Part shown: one piece after another, positions 33,040 to 39,333 of the stretch | Position numbering within the stretch: the stretch's first letter is position 1 | How the letters are laid out: each line of letters starts with the position of its first letter | Assembly: GCF_001194135.2 (NCBI RefSeq) | Contig: NC_068996.1 | Span: 54,874,068-54,913,400, forward strand | Length of the DNA: 39,333 nucleotides | Reading direction: 5' to 3' | From: Octopus bimaculoides | Lineage: Eukaryota | Program-made: the position numbers and the translations under genes | The notes under the pieces: model-generated | Told to the model about the DNA's origin: nothing | Databases searched by the model: none | What the model saw: only the letters and a program-made list of their open reading frames with translations

Positions 33040-33330
33040 CTCAAGCCATGCTTGGCTCATAAGAGCTGGTTTGTCAGTTTCATTGACATATAGGTTCCCC
33101 ACCTGGACAGGACACCAGTCTGTCTCAGGTGAGCTGCTATATGCAGGAGGAGAGAGTAAGAGAAAACTGTGGCAAAAGAGTCAGCAGAAGTTTGCCATTA
33201 TCTTCTACCTGAGCCACATGGAGCTTAGGTGTTTTGCTCATAAACACACACATTGCCTGGTCTGAGATTCAAACCTGCAATCCCTCAACCATAAGTCCAC
33301 TGCTCTAACCACTAGGCCATGTGCCTCCAC
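33040..33330 (-). mobile_element. tRNA-derived SINE family C
   Basis: Reverse complement starts gtggaggcacatggcctagtggttagagcagtggac...ggtttgaatctcagacc (A and B boxes), followed by a non-tRNA body. Confidence 0.8.
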
Positions 33331-33499
33331 CATCCTTATATATTAGATATATTTGTCATTTACATAATTGGTTACAGTATAAATCCTTATTTTTATTAAT
33401 CTATTCAGACATTTGTTCAAGATTGTAATAACACATTCACAAGCGCACATTCACATGCACACACGCACACACACGTGTGTGTGTATGTTTTAATGTTTG

Positions 33500-33712
33500 T
33501 GTTAGTCCTGCACCACCACTTGACAACTGGTGTTGGTGTGTTTATGTCCCTAGTAGCTCAGAGGTTTACTAAAAACAGAAAAGTAGAATAAGTACCATGC
33601 TTTAAAGAAATATAAGTATTGGGGTCAATTCATTCAACTAAAAATTGTTGAAGACAGTGCCCCAGCATGGTCACAGTCTAATGACTGAAACAAGTAAAAG
33701 AATAAAAGATAA
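33500..33712 (+). mobile_element. SINE family B 3' half
   Basis: caccaccacttgacaactggtgttgg...catggtcacagtctaatgactgaaacaagtaaaag. Confidence 0.8.
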
Positions 33713-33894
33713 GTGTCATTCTTGTTCACCATTGGGAGTGATTTTTTAACACTGTACATCTTTAAAGGGACCTCCCATGTACAATATACTACAGCCTAAG
33801 AGTGCTTAACAACATGCATATATTAAGTATTTGACACAGATGATGTTAACATTAGAGAGCTACTTCTAACTCAAAATTTTAATACATATGTATA

Positions 33895-34322
33895 CAAGGG
33901 ATACCCAAAGGAGACCAGAATTTTGCAATATTATTTTATTCACTTAGTTTTACATATTTACACTTTTATCGCCTTCAAAGTATTCTCCATTTAAGCAGTG
34001 CTGGAATGCTTGCAAAGAGATGCCTATTAATGCCTCCGCCATTTTTTCCTTCACCTCTTCCACATCTGCAAATTCCGTAGTTCTAGCTTTCATCACCAGT
34101 GATGACCTTCAAAAAAAGGTCTGGATCAACTTCCAACTGTTCTTTCAGTTCATGACACACATTCACTCATGACTGCTCTTCATCTTCCATGAGCAAGCAA
34201 GGCACAAATTTTGCTGCAGCTCTTTTAATTCACTATTCCTCGCTCAAATTTTATTGGCAGGACCTCCAAGACACACCAGTCTTATCAACAAGTTCGTCAG
34301 TTGTTCGGTGACGGTCCTTCAA
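33895..34322 (-). mobile_element. Internally deleted mariner relic
   Basis: TA plus TIR-like caagggatacccaaa; minus translation TGVSWRSCQ...AAKFVPCLL...DPDLFLKVITGDES* joined to the terminal GEYFEG. Confidence 0.8.
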
Positions 34323-34760
34323 GCAGGGCCAGCCTTAAGCTGATTAGACCGATTGTTCCCAATTGGACGCCGCACCAAAGGGGGCCCTGAGCACAAGAGG
34401 GCCACATTCTATACTGCAACATTTCATAAAGGTGGTCTCCCTGAAGTCTTTAAAAAAATCTACATGGTCTTTCAAAGAAAAAACATGCTTTCTACACTTA
34501 TCAAGATATCAAAAGATAAATCCACTCATCCAAGACTGCTTGGGTTAGCCACTGAATTTGAAGAAATTTATTGTATTTTCCGTGTAAAGTTCAATAAGTA
34601 TGTCTGTATGTGAATGTTTAGGTTTATTAAGGATATTTAGGTAAAATATTTCTGTATCTGTGAGAGTATGTATGTGGGTGAATTGTTTGTATATATGTGT
34701 GTATATGTTTTGTGTGTGTTAGTTTCTATAAGTATGTTTAATTTTGGGGAAACATTATTT
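34323..34760 (+). mobile_element. Possible hAT-derived fragment
   Basis: Starts cagggccagcc; LSTLIKISKDKSTHPRLLGLA loosely resembles the hAT C-terminal dimerisation motif; second TIR not found. Confidence 0.35.
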
Positions 34761-34770
34761 CAATAAAGTG

Positions 34771-34802
<32 letters not shown>

Positions 34803-34804
<2 letters not shown>

Positions 34805-36050
34805 AACAGCAAAGTTGACATGGCCCGCAGAATGTTCTCCTGGATTCTCAGAACTTTCCAGTCAAGAGATATCCACACTATTATCCTTCTCTTCTCTACT
34901 TTTTTCTGACCCTACCTTGAACACTGTTGTCCACTGTGGTCTCCTCACTCAAAACAAACTATCATGAAATTTGAAGCACCTCAAAGGTCAATTACAAAAA
35001 AGATAGATGGCATGACAGACCTTGATTATTGGGGTCGACTAGAAAAGCTCAAGCTTTATTCTCTCCTATGCCGCTGTGAACACTACATCATCTGCATGAT
35101 GTGGAAAATATTCCATCAGCATTGCCCAAATGATGTTGGCATTGCCTTTAAGATACACCCAAGATTTGAACCCCATACTATCCACCCACAGCATAAACCA
35201 TACTCATATCACATAACAACAATATGGCACAATTATTTCATCTCAATTGGCCCTACTCTCTTTAACATTACCCCAAAACACATTAAAGCAGAAACAAACC
35301 CCATAAAATTCAAGAAGTCTTTGAACAAATTCCTTCAAAAAATCCCGGATAAATCTCCTGCACCCAGATATGTTTCCATAAACAATAACTGGCGATCTTT
35401 CGATACCAATCCTCCTTTTTGCTTCAGCGTTTGTTTACATCAATTCGGCAATTTCCGTAATGAAAGAGGGAAAGGACGTTAGTCAGCGACAGCTTTGATC
35501 TGTTAAGTAGCAGACAGCAGGGACCCCCTCTCTTAAGAACATAGGCCAGTTATCTCTTGCTTTCTCTCTCTATCTTTAACCCTAACCCTAACCCTAACCC
35601 TAAGTGACATGTGTTTTTAAGAGAGTGTGAAAGAGATAGATAGAGTGAGAGAGTGTGAAAGAGATAGATAGAGAGAGAGTGTGAAAGAGATAGACAGAGA
35701 GAGAGAGAAAGCGAGAGATAAGTGACATGTGTTTTTAAGAGAGAGGGAAGGGAAGGGGAAAGAGAGATAACTGGCATGTGTTATTAAGGGATGGGTTTCC
35801 CTGCTGTCTGCTACCTAACAGATCAAAGCTGTTGCTGACTAACGTCCTTTCCCTCTTTCTTTATGGAAATTGCCTAACAATTGTCAAACGAGTTGGCATA
35901 TAGAAAACTTGTACCTAAGGATCGCCCAATAACTCTCTCCTTGAGTCAGCCATGTTATCTAATTCCTGATTTGAATGATTTTGCCAGGTGGTGCTATTAA
36001 GTTAGACATTGCCTGGGCCAATACTGGCCGAAACCTATTAAAGTATCAAA
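34803..36050 (+). mobile_element. CR1/L2-like LINE 3' part split by a foldback element
   Basis: SWILRTF...LEHCCPLWSP...QRSITKKIDGM..LDYWGRLEKLKLYSL...KFLQKIPD...YVSINNN, resuming NNSLLE after 35926, then a 3' stem-loop tail. Confidence 0.88.
35391..35926. mobile_element. Foldback transposon family 2 with (CCCTAA)4 core
   Basis: 8-bp TSD CAATAACT (35383-35390, 35927-35934); termini GGCGATC(T/C)TT(C/A)G(A/G)TAC; about 111-bp inner inverted block 35447-35557 / 35763-35874; (CCCTAA)4 at 35580-35603. Confidence 0.93.
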
Positions 36051-36062
36051 GTATGTGTGTGC

Positions 36063-36095
<33 letters not shown>

Positions 36096-36099
36096 TATA

Positions 36100-37198
36100 T
36101 AGTGATCCTAAAAAGAAGGTGCGTGTGTGTAAGAGAGTACATATGTGCATGTGAAAGAGGGCTGGTGATCTTGATGTGTATATGTGTAGGTGTGAAAATG
36201 TGGGGATGGGAATTGGTCAGTGCTGGTGTGTGCGTAGTGGTGTGTTGTGATGTGATGTGTTGTGTGGTATGGTGTAGTGTGATGGTGTTGGGAGGTGTGT
36301 GGAGGCGAGAGTGGGGAAAGCATAGGTGGAGTGTGGGTTAGGCTGAGTGTGGGGGTAGAGGTGGCGTATGTGAGTAGGCAGAGGGNNNNNNNNNNNNNNN
36401 NNNNNNNNNNNNNNNNNNNNNNNNNNNNNNNNNNNNNNNNNNNNNNNNNNNNNNNNNNNNNNNNNNNNNNNNNNNNNNNNNNNNNNNNNNNNNNNNNNNN
36501 NNNNNNNNNNNNATGAGAGAAGAGAGGAAGAGTAGGGGTGAAGAGAAGTAAGAGTCAGAGCAAGAGAGGAGAGGTGGGTGGGAGGAAGTAGGATGGAGGG
36601 GGAGAGAGGCAAGGGGAAGAGGTTAGATGAAGAGGGGAGGAGAGTTGAACCCATGTGGCACAAAGGAGCGAAGAGAGGAGATTAATCCCTGTTCATGGCA
36701 CAAACAGGAGTCTGGATGGCCCCTGTGCAAGGACAATCCAAACATAGACAGGTGTTGCAAAGTGTGACTGGTAGAGTGGAAATGGCGTGTCATTGCCGAG
36801 GCAGATGTCTCAGAAGTGTTCCATGAACCGGTCAGCCAAGTGGCATCCCATTTGTCCGATGTACAGAAAATGGCAGAGAGAGCAGGAAATGCAATAGATA
36901 ATAGTGGTAGAAGTGCAGGCGAAGGAGTCGGTGTTGTGATAGGGTCGATGCTGAGTGCCGGTGAGGAGGGTGGTGTTGGAGAGGTAAAGGCAAGTGCAGT
37001 AGCGTGGGCGGGAGCAGGGGAACAAGCCAGGTTGGGAGGTTGGGTTGGTGAAGAAGCTGTGGACCAATATTTAAGTAAAAATGTACATACAAGCAGAGAA
37101 AAAACAAAAAAGAACTTAACAAGGAAAAAACATAGATCACAGACAAAACTTGCTGGTGTATTCAAGAGAGTTACCTTCTTCGGATCTTCTTAGCTGGA
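36100..37198 (-). mobile_element. Penelope-like element fragment (GIY-YIG domain plus CT/CA-rich tract)
   Basis: PGLFPCSRPRYCTC...FACTSTTIIYCISCSLCHFLYIGQMGCHLADRFMEHF; gap 36386-36512. Confidence 0.88.
36386..36512. other. Assembly gap (127 N)
   Basis: N run. Confidence 1.
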
Positions 37199-37205
37199 CT
37201 AAGAA

Positions 37206-37241
37206 GATCTGAAGAAGGAATTGTAATTCCGAAATATCATC
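37206..37241 (+). ncRNA. Minimal type I hammerhead ribozyme motif with intact core
   Basis: GAT-CTGAAGA-A-GGAAT-TGTA-ATTCC-GAAA-TATC-ATC: CUGANGA, 5-bp stem II, GAAA, palindromic ATAT stem III, AUC triplet (37236-38), 3-bp stem I. Confidence 0.75.
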
Positions 37242-37317
37242 GGACTATAGATAACCAAATTACAACAGGTGTATAGTCCATTTCTTGTTTTATAGTGCAT
37301 TGTTGTACCATACATAC

Positions 37318-37356
<39 letters not shown>

Positions 37357-37369
37357 ATAGCCACTACAC

Positions 37370-37530
37370 ATTCTTTATTTTCTCTCCTTGTTTATTTCTG
37401 TGTTCCTTTCTGTGGAAGAGCATAAACTCGAAATGTTACAGACTTTTTCACTTCCCAAGTCTTAAACTAATACATCTGCTTGTTGTCTACACCACCTGTC
37501 TTTGTCTTTTGTTTTTTTTGTGAGTTCTCC
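37370..37530 (+). mobile_element. Penelope-type terminal region with degenerate hammerhead-like motif
   Basis: cctttctgtggaagagcataaactcgaaatgttacagac is homologous to 27045-27080. Confidence 0.7.
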
Positions 37531-37569
37531 CTTTATATATATATCTATGTACATATGTTTGTGTCTGTA

Positions 37570-37745
37570 TTTGTCCACCGCCACCATTTCATAATTGGTG
37601 TTGGTATGGTAATGTTCCTTGTAACTTAACGTTTCAGCAAAAGTGACTTTAAAAAATAACTATTGGTATTGATTTGTTTGACTAAAAATCCTTCAAGGTG
37701 CTGCTCCAGCATGGCTACAGTATAATGACTGAAACAAAAAATAAA
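37570..37745 (+). mobile_element. SINE family B 3' half
   Basis: ggtgctgctccagcatggctacagtataatgactgaaacaaaaa. Confidence 0.7.
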
Positions 37746-38448
37746 AGTTAATAAGACACTCACACACAATTTTTAATGTTCATTTGGCCATGTCTGGACA
37801 AGCAGGCAGATCTTCTCCCACACAGCCTATCACCAATTCCTTTTATTTTTAGTAGACTCTGCTTCTTAATACAGATTTTCTCATCCATCCTGATCGTATG
37901 CTCTGACCTCCTCTCAATCACATTATATGTAACTCCTCTTATGCTTAGTTTTGCTCTCAGCTCATTTATAGGTCATTATTCAGACACACTTATGTTACCC
38001 ATCTAGTAGAGCATATTTGCTTCATTTCTTTGTAGTCTTTGCAAATCCTCTGCATTCAACTTGCATGTCTTACTACAATGCAGCATGAAACTTTATGGAA
38101 AAGCATCATATAATCTAGTGTTCACTCTGGAAGAAAATCTCTCTATTGCCAGTAGAGACAACAGCTTTCAAAACTTTTTCCAACCAGTTTCTTACTTTGG
38201 CTACAAATCATAACCCACCACCGTAACCTACATAACAGAAACAATCATGTATATATATATATAACATGCATACACATAAACACACACTCACACCTTTGTG
38301 TGTGTGTGTGTATGTGTGATGAAGAGAATCAAATCGAATGTGAAAACGTATAATTTTACCAAGAATAAAAAGTTTAGAATGGTACAACAATGCACTATAA
38401 AACAAGAAATGGACTATACACCTGTTGTAATTTGGTTATCTATAGTCC

Positions 38449-38484
38449 GATGATATTTCGGAATTACAATTCCTTCTTCAGATC
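38449..38484 (-). ncRNA. Second, identical copy of the intact-core hammerhead motif
   Basis: Lies within 38379-38491, the exact reverse complement of 37199-37311. Confidence 0.75.
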
Positions 38485-38899
38485 TTCTTAGCTGGAGTCT
38501 CTGCTATAAACTGTTTTGCAACGGTTTTCTTTTTTTCGCAAGCGTCTCAGTAGTGGTCTCACAAAGCTTCTTCCAGAATTCTTACAAAAAAAGTTTACAA
38601 AACTATGTCATGTTGACCTATATCCTAAAATTTATATTTCCAGCTGCTTTTGCTGCTCAGTTTTACTTGTAATAGTTTCTTTGTCTCACTTTCAATAATA
38701 AAGAACACTGAATACCAGTGTGTTAACCATTACTGGATGCAAAGAGAACAAAATTTAGCCTTACTATAAGTGAGGAATTACAAAATCACAATGCGATCAT
38801 GTCAAATTAGTTTATTTCCAATTTATTGGTCATTTATTTATAAGCAATTTTTATGTCAAAAAAAGTATGTCTTAGATTCTACAGTTTATGCTCTTCCTA

Positions 38900-39333
38900 C
38901 CACATTTAGACCAGTCTAAGGCTTTCGATAGGGTCGACCATCGGTATTTGGCGGTGGTCCTCGGGAAGGCTGGCCTGAGCCCGACCTTCCACGGTTGGAT
39001 TGTTGGATTGTACAGTGACATCGAGTCTGTCGTAAAAGTGAACGGTTTCCTTTTGAAACCGTTCAGGATCGAGCGCTCAGTGCAGCAGGGGTGTCCCCTG
39101 TCTCCGCTTTTGTATGTGTTGGCCCTCAAGCCATTGCTGCAGAAGTTGGAGGCGATAGGGGGCGCACCGCATGATCTATGGTGTGGAAGAGGAGCTACGG
39201 CGTATGCGGATGACATCACCATCAACGTGATGGATGAGGACCAGTTTCCAGTGGTGGAAGAGGCTATCAAAAGTTACGAGGCGGTAGCAGGAGCAAAAGT
39301 TAACAAGGACAAGTCGATCAGTTTGCAACTCGG
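38900..39333 (+). mobile_element. 5'-truncated L1/Tx1-like RT segment, open to the window end
   Basis: Stop-free from 38906: LDQSKAFDRVDH...SVQQGCPLSPLLYVL...AYADDITI...GAKVNKDKS. Confidence 0.92.

Noticed and set aside
33255-33330. Functional tRNA gene on the minus strand
   Set aside because: A and B boxes are present, but there is no complete cloverleaf and it continues into a SINE body.
36008-36036. Hammerhead ribozyme at GGCC-AATACT-GGCC-GAAAC
   Set aside because: No upstream CUGANGA core; better explained as the LINE 3' recognition stem-loop.

Overview
AT-rich eukaryotic, repeat-saturated DNA with three assembly gaps. The repeat families (tRNA-derived SINEs, an RTE 3'UTR with a (GAT)n tail, TTAGGG repeats) look like those of a coleoid cephalopod, probably Octopus; this is inference from recognition, not from a search. 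There is no intact long gene, CRISPR array, rRNA or tRNA gene. Most of the window is decayed mobile DNA: a near-complete L1/Tx1-type LINE (minus strand, about 12.4-16.5 kb) plus an open RT fragment at the right edge, RTE LINEs (one with a PHD-type finger), two restriction-like-endonuclease LINE fragments, CR1/L2-type 3' ends, Penelope-like GIY-YIG fragments, a Ty3/gypsy 5' half, solo LTRs, a full-length dead mariner, several MITEs and many SINEs. Two short minus-strand segments may be host exons. The most distinctive structures are (i) three complete GG-terminated, 8-bp-TSD foldback elements from two sequence-unrelated families, each with a telomeric TTAGGG/CCCTAA core (two have exactly four G-tracts), and (ii) minimal hammerhead-ribozyme motifs, including an intact-core motif present twice in a perfect 113-bp inverted duplication. 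Novelty cannot be established without database searches.
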